Shown here: positions 39,561 to 53,158 of the stretch, piece after piece
Layout: every line of letters begins with the position of its first letter
Numbering within the stretch: position 1 is the first letter of the stretch
From: Octopus vulgaris
Taxonomy: Eukaryota
Direction of reading: 5' to 3'
Assembly: GCA_951406725.2 (NCBI GenBank)
Contig: OX597831.1
Coordinates: 1,860,001 to 1,924,000, forward strand
Length of the DNA: 64,000 bases
Program-made: the position numbers and the translations under genes
The notes under the pieces: generated by a model
Databases searched by the model: none
What the model was told of the DNA's origin: nothing
Seen by the model: only the letters and a program-made list of their open reading frames with translations

Positions 39561-41170
39561 ATAATAATAATAATAATAAAACATTGTGTACAGTGCTCAG
39601 ATGCACTACAACTCATCTAAAGTGTATGTATAAAGTGTAATGTACAAGCGTCAGGAAAAGAACAGTGCATGAGTCATGACATACACATATGTGTATGAGT
39701 ATGGAAGGGGGACAATCAGGTGTAGTTTCGGCGGATTTCGGAAAGCATGAGGGCCTTAAAGGATGCAGTGTCATGGCAGTCAACAACTGACACAGGCAGT
39801 TTGTTCCATGCTTCAGCAACTCTGAGCGTGAAAAAATGTTTCCGAAAGTCATGGGAGCTGTGCTGCTATCTGACTTTGTAGGCATGTCCACGTGTGTTGA
39901 ACAACATGGAGATCAAAAAGGTGTTCAGTGTTGTTGTTGGTGAGGTGGTTGATAACTTTGTGGGTGTTTACCAAGTCCATCGCCAGACGCTGGAGCTTCA
40001 GTCAATCCATGCCCAGGGAAACAAGGCGCTCAGAGTATGGTAGGTGTCTGATGGAGGGTATGCGTTTGGTTGCACGTCTCTGAACAGATTCCAGGAGGTC
40101 AATGTTCTGAGCAAGATAGGGGTTCCAAACTGATGATGCGAATTCCAAGTGTGGTCATACCATAGCTGTATACAGCTTTAAATAGATGGCTGGAGAGCGG
40201 CTAACAAAAGTCTTGTTGAGTGATGCCAAGACACCCTCGGCCTTCTTGACAATTTTAGAGATATGCTTTGTCCAACGCAAATCACTGCTGACAGGTAGAG
40301 AGCACTCAGACCAGCTGGTATCTCTCTTCGACGTTTCACCAGTCTTAACAAATCTCCAGATTTGTCCATCCTCACGAAGACTGAAACTCTCTTGCAGAAC
40401 TGAGTTCCGGTTCAGGGAAATCGCTGCATGTAGCTTCGGACGTACATCGGGTGGTAAGCCTGGGCGTGTTCGGAAGGTAGTTCGATTTTCACGCCCAGCT
40501 TTAACTGAGGCCAGATGGTATGAGGTTGCCTCAGCGTGGTCTGAAAAAGACAGCTTGATGAGCCTGGATTTTGGGCCAGGTCGTCCAAGGCAGAGAGCAC
40601 CCGTTGGGGAACGCAGCCTAGGTCTTTGGCTGAGTTGGCAGCAAATGCCTGAAGATCAGCCATGTCTTCTGGTACTACAATGGCAATAACTTCGTGGGTA
40701 GCAGAATCCGCGGTCTTCTCAGTGTTTTTAGATGCAGCAAGAGGTACAGGGAGGTTCTTTAGCAGAGCTTTCGGATAAGACCCTTCATTGTGGTGTCCTA
40801 CCTGAATGCTTGCTTTTATTCCTGCTACTTCCCCTCTTAAAGCACAAATCGATTGTTGCAGTTCTGCAAGAATCGCACTGGTCAATTGGTGTTGTTGATG
40901 TTGTTGTTGCTGCTGCTGCTCTAGTTGTGGTTGATTTTGTTGTTGCTGCTGTTGTTGTTGATGTTGTTGCTGCTGTTGTTGTTGTTGCTGCTGCTGCTGC
41001 TCTAGTTGTGGTTGATTATGTGTGCAATCAAGAGATGTAAGGAGTCAATGGTTGGTGTGTTTATAATGTTCGCACTTGTTAGGGAGATAAATAAATAATA
41101 TCTTATTTTTCGTTGTTAACTGTTCCCGCTTTCCTCATTGTATGTGTGAATGAAAAAAGATACAATTATA
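39561..41170 (-). mobile_element. Second CR1 copy with a large internal deletion, head-to-tail with the previous copy
   Basis: 5'UTR matches 39461-39560. ORF1 remnant 40280-41015 is joined directly to the RT C-terminus near 40272. (TTA)n tail at 39561. Confidence 0.8.
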
Positions 41171-42595
41171 TATATAATCAAGAGATGTAAGGATAAAATG
41201 GTTGTTGTGTTTATAATGTGCGCACGATACTCACTGCACTGCCTCAGCGAAGAAGAAGAAAGTATGATTTAAAATCGCTTTGTGTATATATTCAGGTGTG
41301 GTGCGTGCTGATATATAAAACTGTGTGTATGGTTTTTCTAGAATTCGGAATGTACTTACAATTATCCTTACGAAGTAGAATGGTGTGTTTTCAATCGTGG
41401 TTGCTACACGTGGTAACACAAAGATTTAAAACGAGGAGATTAACAGGAGACACACAGTTATTTTCTTTTTGTAGAATCATTAAAGGTACTGTTCCATTAC
41501 CCAAGGAATGAGTTGTGTACTTACTTATTAAGTTGTGTCAGAGGGAAATACAATTCTCCTTACGAAGTAGAATGGCGTGTTTTCAATCGTGGTTGCTACA
41601 CGTGGTTACACAGAGATTTACGACAAGGAGACACACAGTTATTTTCTTTATGTAGAATCATTAAAGGTTCTGTTCCATTATCCAAGGAATGTGTTGTGTA
41701 CTTATTAAGTTTTGTGTGAGGGAAATATCAGGTTTTCAGGTCTTCTCTCTCTCTCCACCTGTCATTACTTGTCTGCTTCTTAGCACAGTGGCCAAAGTAC
41801 GTGTCGTCTCAGCACAGCACACTGGACATTAATCTAGTTTCAGCTCACGAGGTGTGGCCATATGTCTATGTTTGTTATGTAATTATATGATCGAATTTTT
41901 TAAAAAACTGAAACAGTATGTCTCTATTGCTACCTAACACATAAAAATTATATATTTCATACTGTTTTTAATATTTTGAATTTTAATAAATTCTGTAACG
42001 TGACCGAAAATTTAGATGTAAGGGAGATCACTGAGAAAGTGGAAAACAAAAAGAAGATTTTTCCAGGGAGGTTACTCTGTTTTACTATATTCCTAAAAGA
42101 CTGATTTTGATTTTTAAACGTGTGCGCTTGTGTGTGTGAGTCTGTGAACGCGTGCGCGCAACTGTCGAATTATCTAAGTATACATGCATACATCGAAGTA
42201 TCTAAGTATACATGCTGTGTGGTAAGTAGCTTGCTTACCAACCACATGGTTCCAGGTTCAGTGCCACTGCGTGACACCTTGAGCAAGTGTCTTCTACTAT
42301 AGCCTCGGACTATTGCCTTTCATCCTTTCGGGGTTGATAAATAAAGTACCGGTTACGCACTGGGTCGATGTAATCGACTTAATCCCTTTGTTTGTCTGCT
42401 CTATGTTTAGCCCCTTGTGGGCAATAAAGAAATATATATATATATATGTGTGTGTGTATGTGTAATATAATATAATTACGATTCAGTTAAATTAGGTTCT
42501 TAAATTGAGGCACCAAGCCAATTCGGTATAGTCCGTGCAGCTGGAAATTAGGTGAACAAAATGCAAATAAGCAACAAGGAAATTCAGGTATCAGT

Positions 42596-42680
42596 GCATT
42601 AAGGCTGTTTCCAGCAGCTTCATTTAATCAATCAATGAAAACATTACATCAATATGAAAGAAGCTGCTCTCCTCAGACGC
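42596..42680 (-). ncRNA. Hammerhead motif, family 4 left arm (stem III degenerate)
   Basis: Reverse complement gcgtCTGAGGAgAGCAGC...GCTGCTgGAAAcagcctTAatgc. Confidence 0.65.
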
Positions 42681-42738
42681 AGATGACCATATAGATTTCC
42701 AACATAAAGGATTAACCATTTTTAACATTTATAGCAAA

Positions 42739-43195
42739 CTAGCAGCATAGCCCGGCGTTGCCCGGGTATGTAAGAGCACCTAGTAGGCAACGACTAATCC
42801 CAATCTAGTCCTTTCCCTCTAGGGAACGAAGGCACATGTGTAGGTTGCAATGTCTTCTCTTCACTCGAATACTTCTGTGTATACGATGTTCCTAGCTGTC
42901 CCTTTGGGCGAAAACATGAAAACATCATTGCACCTCCCAACGCGTGAACAGCCCACGTACAGCCCAGAAAATGTGTTGCAAATACAAAGCTTAGATTCTC
43001 GATCCCATGTCGAATTTATCGATTTTTTCAGAACTGGGGGAACTTTTCAAAATTTTTGCTGCGTTAGTTTTGAATTATGACATTGGGCTATGTGTGTATC
43101 AAGTTTCATCAGAATCGGTTGAAAGCCGTGGTCAGGGTGAGGGTACAACCTGACAGACACACAGACAGACAAACTGCCGTTTATATAGAGAGAGA
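42739..43195 (-). mobile_element. Non-autonomous Helitron
   Basis: The - strand starts TC and ends CTAG, with a subterminal CCCGGgcaacgCCGGG hairpin. Inserted at an A|T site with no TSD; the empty site can be reconstructed from the opposite arm of the host palindrome. Confidence 0.85.
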
Positions 43196-43367
43196 TTTAT
43201 ATTAGTGCTAGAAACCAAAATAATTACATTGTTTCCTTATGTTATAGTTCTGCCCCGAATGTAACATAAGGAAACAAAGTAATTACTTTGGTGTCTAGTA
43301 CTGATATAAATTTACTATAAATGCTAAAATGGTCCATCTTTTATGTTGGAAATCTATATGGTCATTT

Positions 43368-43453
43368 GCGTCTGAGGAGAGTGGCTTCTTTCAAATTGAT
43401 GCAATGTTTTCATTGATTGGTTAAAATGCAGCCACTTGAAACGGCCGTAATGT
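43368..43453 (+). ncRNA. Type I hammerhead ribozyme motif, family 4 right arm
   Basis: GCGT-CTGAGGA-GAGTGGC...GCCACTT-GAAA-CGGCCG-TA-ATGT. 7-bp stem II, palindromic ACGGCCGT stem III, GUA triplet. Confidence 0.8.
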
Positions 43454-45366
43454 ATTGATACCTGGACATCCTTGTTATTTATTTGCATGTGTGTGTGTGT
43501 GTGTGCACATGCATACATATATATGAATGATTAAGAAAGATAGAAGATACGGGATTGTTTATTAATCACCACTATTGCTTCCGCTTATCTAGCATTGATC
43601 CCTCATGGGTGGGACATTTAACAACTCGTTTAGGAGTATCCATCGGTGTGGATGTGCCTCTTCAGCGGATAAGATGTATCTTGTTAAGATAATGACTGTT
43701 CCACATATCTTCTCAGTTTGTGTATAGAAAAGCAGAAAATTAAGGGATACAGCTTCATTATTATATAAAATCAATAATAAATAATAGATGCAACAAGAAA
43801 CGAATACACAATACAGTAAAAAATGTATTAAATATAACCATTAACAGATATGGATGTATAAACACCCTCTCTTAGGTTGTATGGTGCATGTACACTTGCT
43901 CCTACAAACATCCACCAAGATATAATCATACACTCACACAGCGAATTAAATAGCTACTTAGTGTTTATAAGAATGAGGAAGTTAGAGTTAAATTTAAGGT
44001 AAATTATGATTATTGGTTTGGCTAATGGTTACTTATTCTTTCCCACTGCATTGAGTGAAAGTCCATTTATAACTATGTAAGCATCTTGAGAGTCTTTCAG
44101 AAATTCTATTAATGATCTCATTGGTCCACAAAATAGACAGAGATTTCTCAGAGCAGAGTCTGCATCTCCTGGAATGGTCCCTTGTCATCCCCTCAGTGAA
44201 GCTCAATATCTGAGGATCCTTTCTCACCACTTCGTCCCACATCTTCTTGGGTCTACCCCTTCCTCAGGTTCCCTTCACAATTGGGATTTGAGAGAGATTT
44301 GGCTTCTATTTCTAGCAGGTTGAGTTAGTAGCATAGCTGGGGTGGGGTTAGAGGGGATGGTGGAGGTGGCTGTTTACTTTGGGTAACACTTTTATGAGTG
44401 CAACACATTTGTGTCAGCTGTATAAGCCTGTATAGGGTTGTATGAGTTGCTAATGCAAGGGCTTCCCCTGATGGCATGCACTCTAGCCATACAACGTACA
44501 CCACTAGGTTGAGTAAACATGCCACTACTCCATCATAGGCTTATAAATATTTCAATAAATCAATTTAGTAGCTCTTGTGGTATTCATTCATCTCCCAAGG
44601 GTATTTATGAAGAAAATGAAATACAGCTTTAGCACTAAATTTTAGGAACTTACCAGGAGTTGACACAAGCAAGTTTTATTTCATTTGAAAATCAAATGTT
44701 TTAACCCTTTTGTTAACATTTCTGCTGAAATGCATTGCTTTTGTTTCAATAATTTTGAAAGCAATGAAGAATTTTGTCAAATAACTTTATCATTATTAAG
44801 CTGCTGTTTGGAACATAAATTAACATGGCCGGTATAAATTAACATAAATTAACATGGCCGGTATAAATTAACATAAATTAACATGGTTCTGTTTATGTAC
44901 AATGCTTTTGTTCCAATTAATTTTGAAAATAATAAAAAAATTAGTAAAATAATTTTGTCATTATTAAACTGGTGTTTGGAACATAAATTAACAAGAAATT
45001 TTATGAAAGTTTTAATTTAAATCGCTTTAAAACAAAATGTTTGTATTATAGAACCAAGGGTGGTCTCAGACAGGTTGGTATCAAAAGGGTTAAATATTGG
45101 TTTTGTTTGAATATGGATGTAGCATAGCCCATGCAAAGCAAAGCTTTGCAATCAGTACACATCATCCTTGTTCATCATTCTCTTCATTCATCTCTACACT
45201 CCCATCTCTAATTACTTGTTACTCTACCTCACATACTCTGAGGAACCTGTCCACCTATCCTTCCGAATCCAGTCTGTATTTTCTCTTATACTCATCTTAT
45301 TGAGAGTACTCTCTGACATCTCATCCCCACTATATTTGTCTTCCTTCCAACCACTCATCTATATAA

Positions 45367-45889
45367 AGACTGTCCCAGAATTAACAATTTCAGTGAAATC
45401 AGACAATTTTTTTAAAAACACACTTTTATTTGTTAATCATGTTTAATATGTGTTAAAAGTGTATAAATTTTTTATTTTATTTATGATTTCATAATTTTTA
45501 TAATTTTTTTAGATTTTTATTTTCATTCCTGTTGGATCCTGCTTATTTGTCCACGACAACTATTTTTTCAATTTGGCTGCAATCATTTTCTCTACTTCCA
45601 TCCCCAGGAACAATAGTTCAGCTGAATTTAAAGAATGCATTCAGTTAGTAGTACAGGAGATAGCTCCTAAAATGCTTCAAAGTGTGTTTCACAACACTAA
45701 AGATAGATTTCAAATTTGTAGGGATACAGATGGATCACAAGTTGAAAATTTTCAATAAAGTTTTGACATAAGATTTATAAATCTAATCATTTTGGTTTCA
45801 TAATTAAGTAATAAACATAAAGTTCTGTCAGTTTTTGTTTTTTTTAAATTTGCCCAATTTCATTGAAATACTTAATTCTGGGACACTGT
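45367..45889 (+). mobile_element. Tc1/mariner deletion derivative
   Basis: TIRs tgtcccagaattaa / ttaattctgggaca. ORF 45573-45758 resembles a transposase C-terminus (KMLQSVFHN..DRFQIC..DGSQVE). Confidence 0.65.
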
Positions 45890-48800
45890 ATAATGAAGGG
45901 ATAGCCATGCATCTCCTCTATAGTAAGACAACTGTGCTTATTCCTATATCAGTAGCTGACATAAAGTCACCTCCCTCTCTACTATAACTCCACTCAGTCA
46001 AGATTTTTTAAATCTTTATTTTGCATTACTTGATGACCTCACCAGTGCTAGTGTCACACACATGCACACAAAGAAAAAAAGCACCCTGTACATTCTGTAA
46101 AGTGGTTGGCATTAGGAAAGGCATCCAGCTGTAAAAACCATAGCAAACCAAACATTGGAGCTCAATGCAGTCCTCCAGCTTATAGGATCCTGTCAAACCA
46201 TCTGTCATGGAAGATGGATATTAGATGAAGATAATGATGATGATGGTGATGACGATGATGATGGTGGTGGTAGTGATGATGACGACGACGATGGTGGTGG
46301 TGATGTATCCAAGGCCTAATTCTACATCATGGCATTTAGTCTTTTATCGTGGCTTGTGTCCACCCAATCCTTGCAAATGACTTGGGTATACCACACCCAT
46401 GTTAAAGCCAGTTGGATGGAATGTACCTGTAATTTAAAGGTCTAGCCTTGTCATCAAACACTTAGTCATACTGACTCCTGATTCTAGCTGAAGATTATGT
46501 TAATAGTACACTTGTCTGTGGAATACTCAACCACTTAACATGAAAAGTAGATAAATTCGGTCGATCAGCTGAATCTTTACCATTGTAAGCAACAGAGACT
46601 CATTTACGATATTTGAACATAGCAGATTAGTAGAATGTATGGAGCATTGAATCAAATACTTTGCAGCATCTCTCTCCATCTAGTTGTCCCATCCTTAGTG
46701 TCCTGCTGGGTCAAAGGTTTGAGGGATAAGAGCGTGTCCATGACAACACAAGCATCCAAAGCAATAAGTGAAAGCATGGTACAAGCTACCAGGTTATACT
46801 TGCTGTTAAGTGATGGCTACAAACACCTCCTTTCCTTGATTTTCAAATTTATTAACATTCCTTTTGTTATCAACTTGCTCTGACCACTGCCCTCCTGCTA
46901 TTACTAATTTCCCTCCTTATTACTCTCCTCATCCTCATCCTCCATGTTATATTAAATTTGTTCTCCCTTCCACTACTTCTAAGTCTATTTATCCAGCACT
47001 ACAAGTAAACCATTCCTCCAGAGCCTGTGAGGGAGTCTTTAATTGGTTGCCTGATCCAGTAGAAATAGCAGCCAAATGCTTTTAGAACCACACTATACAT
47101 CTTAGAAAAGACCAAGCTGGATAATAATAAAATGTAATCCTGGGTTTCTTGCACATAACAAAATAAATAAATAAACAGGATATTCATGGCTGGAATGCTT
47201 TTGATCACAGGTCTGCATCATCAGTGCCAACCTAGAGCTAAACGACAGCATCATTTCATCTCTCTCTGACAAAGTGTCCTTCCCAAAATATTGGCCCTTT
47301 AAGCATTCAGATTTCTGTCAAATGTAATGCTTATTTATTCACATTGATTTGAATTAGTCAAGCATTATCTTGTGGCTTAGAGATTTCAATGATATGATTG
47401 TTTATTTTTAGAATAATATTGTAGGCTAAGTGTGAGAGGCTGGATCTGGCTGATGCAAAGATAAAACAGATTATTTTGGCCAGATATGGCTGGTTTAAAT
47501 TCTAAAGGGTTAAACTTCTTTTCCTCAGTGCAAAATAACTTATTTTTGTTTGTGGTCTTTTCCTACTTAATGTTTCCTGATACAGACCGTTACTTAGCTT
47601 CCTAAGGATCTACTGTTTCATCAACACAGAAAACCTGGAGATTTTGTTGCTAAATGTCAGTTCAATTAGCTTATCTCTTAATTATGTGAGTTTTAATTTT
47701 GAAATTCAAATTTTCACTGCCCCCCCACCGCCACCATCACTGATTCAATTCATAACAAATATTGATTTTTAACAAAGATCACAAAATTTTAAGTGGAGAG
47801 ATACAACTGGTCATATTGACTCTAGTACATATATATCTGGTATTTTGTTTTACTGACAGACCCTGGAAGAATGAAAGGCAAATTTGACCTTGGTAAGATA
47901 GACTATTCGTTAGGGTGTTATACCCACTACTGTAAGGTTTTGGTTTCATTCCCCAAATTGGGCTGTGCATTTTGTTCTGGAGTAAAATACTTCATTTTAT
48001 ATGATGCTCCAGTCATCTCATCTGAGTAAAACACTTCATTTTATATGAAGCTCCAGTCATCTCATCTGAGAATGAATACCTATTTCTTTACTACCCACAA
48101 GAGGCTAAACACAGAGGGGACAAACGGATTAAGTCGATTACATCGACCCCAGTGCGTAACTGGTACTTATTTAATCAACCCCGAAAGGATGAAAGGCAAA
48201 GTCGACCTCGGCGGAATTTGAACTCAGAACGTAGCTGCAGACGAAATACCGCTAAGTATTTCGCCCGGCGTGCTAACGTATCTGCCAGCTTGCAGAATGA
48301 ATACCATCAGTGAATGGGGGCTGAAGTTAAACCCCGTGACAGGCTGGTGAATATTGTACTCCCTCAGTTGCTTATATGCCATGGAAACTGGGATGAGCTC
48401 CAATTTAATGAGATTATGGGATTGTGACAAAACCTATTTACTCAGAATTTATAAGATTTAAACACAGAACATAAAAGGTTATAATTAAATACTACACAGC
48501 AGTTTGTTTACTAATACTGTATTTTCTGGCATGCAAGTCAAATTTTTCAAACCAAAATTTACTGTTAAAAAAGGTAGCTTGTCTTATACACCGAGACAAC
48601 TCTAGAAGACCAAAAATTCCATGTGAATGCAGCAGGATGTGGAAAGATAGTAACAATGTGTGAATGTTTGCACATGGTTATGCTATACACTATGTTGACT
48701 TGTATGGAAGAAAATACAGTAATTTCTTATGTAGGCAGAAAGCCAGAAATGTGCAGGGAAAGGAACAATCAATTATATCAACCCCAGTATGTGACTGATA

Positions 48801-51800
48801 CTATATTTTATTGGCTTCAAGGTAGCGAGCTAGCAGAATCATTAGCACAATAGGCAAAATGTTTCACCTGTCTTTACGTTCTGAGTTCAAATGCTGCTGA
48901 GGTCGACCTTGTCTTTCATCCTTTTGGGGTTGATAAAATAAGTACCAGTAGAGTACTGGGGTCGATGAAATCAACTAGCCCCCTCTACTATAGTTTCAGG
49001 CTTTGTGTCTATAGTAGAAAGGATATTTTACTGGCTCCTGGAAGGGTCAAAGGTAAAATTCACCATGGTAAGACATTAAACCCTTATTGTGACATTTATT
49101 GTGTTTAGATGACCCATTAGCTAAGCAGTGATCCATCATCATCATTTAACATCTGTCTTCCATGCTGACAATGGTTGGATGGTTTGAATGGAGCTGGTCA
49201 AGTAGAAGACTACACCAAGCTAATGTGACTGTTTTGGTATGGTTTTTACAGCTGAATGCCCTTCCAAATGCCAACTACTTCATAGTAATTAATAATACAT
49301 TAAATACCTATTTCTTTATTACCCACAAGGGGCTAAACACAGAGGGGACAAACAAGGACAGACATAGGTATTAAGTCGATTACATCGACCCCAGTGTGTA
49401 ACTGGTACTTAATTTATCAACCCCGAAAGGATGAAAGGCAAAGTCGACTTCCAAATACCATCTAACTTATGGAACACATGGTATCACTTCTGTTGGTTTC
49501 AGTCATTGAATTGTGGCCATGCTGGGGTACTAAACCTTAGTGTATGATATTGCAATGCAGTTTTGTCTGGAATTCTACATAGGTGTTCCTGTTTAGTCAG
49601 TCTAACCATGACCACCACCATGAATACATTGTCTTTTCTAGTTTAAATTTTTTAATTGCCATATTTGTGTTTCAAATAATATTAAAAATAATGAAGAACT
49701 TAGTCAAATAACTTTGTCATGAAGCTAGTGTTTGGAACAAAACATGAAATTTTGATGAAACGCCTTACTTTATTAATACCACTTTAAAATAGGAAATTCA
49801 TGTTATAGAACCAGGAATACCAAGTGAGTTGGTATCATAAGGGTTAAAGACTAGCATGTAATTTGAGGGATTTTTAGCTGCAAATTTTAGCTGACTGAAC
49901 AGATACTTTCCTGCTGGCTCATGATTTCATGTAGAAGACTGTCCCAGTATTTACATCTACTTCATACATATCCTTTATTCTTTTTTGAGAAGATACGGAA
50001 TAGCTGTGGGGCTCTGAATCACAGGTTATTGGAGTATTGTATTTAGTCTTGCATATGATGCAGTAGGCTGACAGTATACTCTCTTTTACTTGTTTCAGTC
50101 ATTTTGACTGCGGCCATGCTGGAGTCCCACCTTTAGTTGAGCAAATCGACCCCAGGATTTATTCTTTGCAAGCCTAGTACTTATTCTATCGGTCTCTTTT
50201 CCCAAACCACTAAGTTACAGAGGCGTAAACACACCAGCATCGGTTGTCAAGCGATATTGGGGAGACAAACACAAACACACACATATATATATATACATAT
50301 ATACGACGGGCTTCTTTCAGTTTCTGTCTACCAAATCCACTCACAAGGCTTTGGTTGGCCTGGGGCTATAGTAGAAGACACTTGTCCAAGGTGCCAAGCA
50401 GTGGGACTGAACCTGGAACCATGTGGTTGGTAAGCAAGCTACTTACCACACAGCCATTCCTGATCTGATGTATTTGTTTAATCAGATTTAGTTTTCCTTG
50501 GATCATTTCTGCCTGTCAGTCCACCTGCCCACCTACCCATAGTCTGAGAGATATATCATTCACAAGGAATCAATTAGGGAAAAACACATACACTGCATAC
50601 ATATGTGTAAATATGATGGGCTTCTTTCAGTTTCTGTCAACCAAATCTACTCACCAGACACTGGTTAGCTTATGGTTGTAGTAAAAAATACTTGCCCAAG
50701 CTCAGTGGGAATGCATTTGAACCTACACAGTTGGGAAGCAAGCTTTTTAACCACATAAGCAATGTCACAATATTATAAAATTGGTTGGCATTAGGAAGGG
50801 CATCCAGCCATAGAAACCAAGCCAAAACAGTCTATGGAACCTGGTGAGGGCCTTTAGCCATGCTAGTTCCTGCCAAGTTGTCCAACCATGCCAGCAACAA
50901 AAAGCAACGTTAGATGATGATGATGACATTTTAATTCATATTTTTGGTTAATCTTAACAAATTTCTCTACTTTAAAGCAAGATCCATCACATATTAATAT
51001 TCCTTCTTCAGTTAAATTGCTATCACATATTCACATAACAATCAGTAAATGATTAATTAAAGAACGAAAATAGTTTGTTTCCCTAAGTTGTAAGAGGGAT
51101 AAAAATATATATTGCAGCACTTTAACTTTTATTTAAACAAAGTATAACATTTTCTTTAATATAGCAATAAACATTTAAAACAAAAAACAAAAACCCACAT
51201 AGGTATCAATAATCTGTCAGCAAAACAAAATTGTTTATAAAAAATATTCTTAATAGTTAAGTTGTATTAAATTGTCAGAACAGAAATAAAGTATTTTTCT
51301 AGCTAATTGTTCCCACAACCATTTTTTTTTTTCGTTTTAACAAACAAAATATCGATAAAAATTAACCCTTTTGCAACCATATTTCTGCTGGAGAACACTG
51401 CCTTTGTTTTTATTAATTTTGGAAATAATTTAGTAAACTAATTTTGTCATTATTAAGGTGATCTTTGAAAACATAATTAACATGAAATTTTAATGGAAAA
51501 TTTAAATTTAGATCGCTTTTAAGCAAAGAGTCTGTATCATAGAACCATGTTAAGCATCGACAACCTTTTCCAAAAACAGGTTGAATGACACTTAACACAT
51601 CGATAGGTGGACAGCATAACTAAAAAATTCAAGGTAATTTTTTTCATCATGTGTACCGTTACAGGCTACAGTCTGCCCGTAGCTGGGTTTTGTCTTTACT
51701 TTCACTCTCGTCAATCTGTCACTAGTAAGGTTTTGTTAGGCAACCAGCGAAGACATTTAGGGAGTCAGGGTACTTGGCTTGCAATATATGTTATTGTAGT

Positions 51801-52151
51801 TATCATTAGTAATAATCCTTGAAATGATTTTGTTTTTGGAATTTTTAAATTTTGTTTCTTGATAAAAACAACATAAAAACAAGTATAACACCAAATTCTA
51901 AACTTTTAGACGCAATTCTTCCTCCCAAAGAATGCCTAGGGACTCATTAAATGCTAGATTATTGAATATATACACCAGCAAAAAGGAAAAAAAATTACAA
52001 TGCATTTATAACTACAAGTCAATATAACAATCTTATATTAAATTTTTAGATAGAAAAGTTTGACAATGACTTCGAAGTTTCGATTTGCTCATCTTTGTCA
52101 GTTTGATGACGTCGAGCAAGCTGAGACTTTTGAGCCAATATTAACCTTTTC

Positions 52152-52660
52152 GGTTAAACTAAAGCGTTACACCACTCATAGAAACAACAAAAACAATGTG
52201 AGTAATAGGTGTAAAACAACTTCCTCTGAACGAATATAAAAAAAAAAAAAATGTGCGCACGCGAAAGGGGAGTGGGGGAGAGGCCTCGGAAAATTCACAT
52301 CGGGAGTTTCCGAAAGCGTCTGAGGGGCTGACCCGGGCACCAAAACAAAAAAAAAATAGTGTAATATGTGTAAAACAACTTGCTCTAAACGAATATGACA
52401 AAAAAAAAAACGCGCACTCGCGAAAGGGGGGTGGGGGAGAGGCCTCGGAAAATTCACATCGGGAATTTCCGAAAGCGTCTGAGGGGCTGACCCGGGCACC
52501 AAAACAAAAAAAAAAAAGTGTAATATGTGTAAAACAACTTGCTCTAAACGAATATGACAAAAAAAAAAAAATGCGCACTCGCGAAAGAGGAAGTTGTTTT
52601 ACACCTATTACACACATTTTTTTTTTGTTTCTTTGAGTGGTGTAACGCTTTAGTTTAACC
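52152..52660. mobile_element. MITE with long TIRs and an internal tandem duplication of about 180 bp
   Basis: GGTTAAACTAAAGCGTTACACCACTCA / TGAGTGGTGTAACGCTTTAGTTTAACC termini. Two near-identical CpG-rich internal units. Confidence 0.75.
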
Positions 52661-52946
52661 ACCTTTTCCATGTAAAATTTAACAAATATAGTAGTCTACT
52701 AAAAAAAATGTTGAGCAATCTTTCAGTGTATAAACTTTACATAGAAGCAAACATTCTCCCTCTCTTACACACACGTTTTTGGTGACACAAACAGGAAATT
52801 GAGCTAAAAACATGTTCAATCTTTTCTTATCAATCGGCAAAAATTGGAGTGATCTCTGCCGATTAACATGCATACGTAACTACACCGAAACTGGAAGCCA
52901 AATATTTTGATTTCACACTCGTGTGTGCGTATTATACACACACATA

Positions 52947-53158
52947 GGGCGGCGAGCTGGCAGAATCGTAGCCGTATTTCGTCTGCCGTTACGTTCTGAG
53001 TTCAAATGACGCCGTGGTCGACTTTGCCTTTCATCCTTTCGGGGTCGATAAACTAAGTACCAGTTACGCACTGGGGATCGATGTAATCGACTTAATCCGT
53101 TTGTCTGTCCTTGTTTGTCCCCTCTATGTTTAGCACCTTGTGGGTAGTAAAGAAATAG
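52947..53158 (+). mobile_element. tRNA-derived SINE family A with Meta-like core (representative copy)
   Basis: ggcggcgagctggcagaa head, gagttcaaa B-box, gcctttcatcctttcggggtcgataaa core. Copies at about 8393-8620, 25504-25895, 37077-37310, 48080-48292 and elsewhere. Confidence 0.8.

Larger units (their letters stand above)
42561..43488. mobile_element. Fold-back element with one hammerhead per arm (family 4), interrupted by a Helitron
   Basis: 42561-42738 plus 43196-43250 is the inverted copy of about 43260-43488, with the hairpin apex near 43255. Confidence 0.8.
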
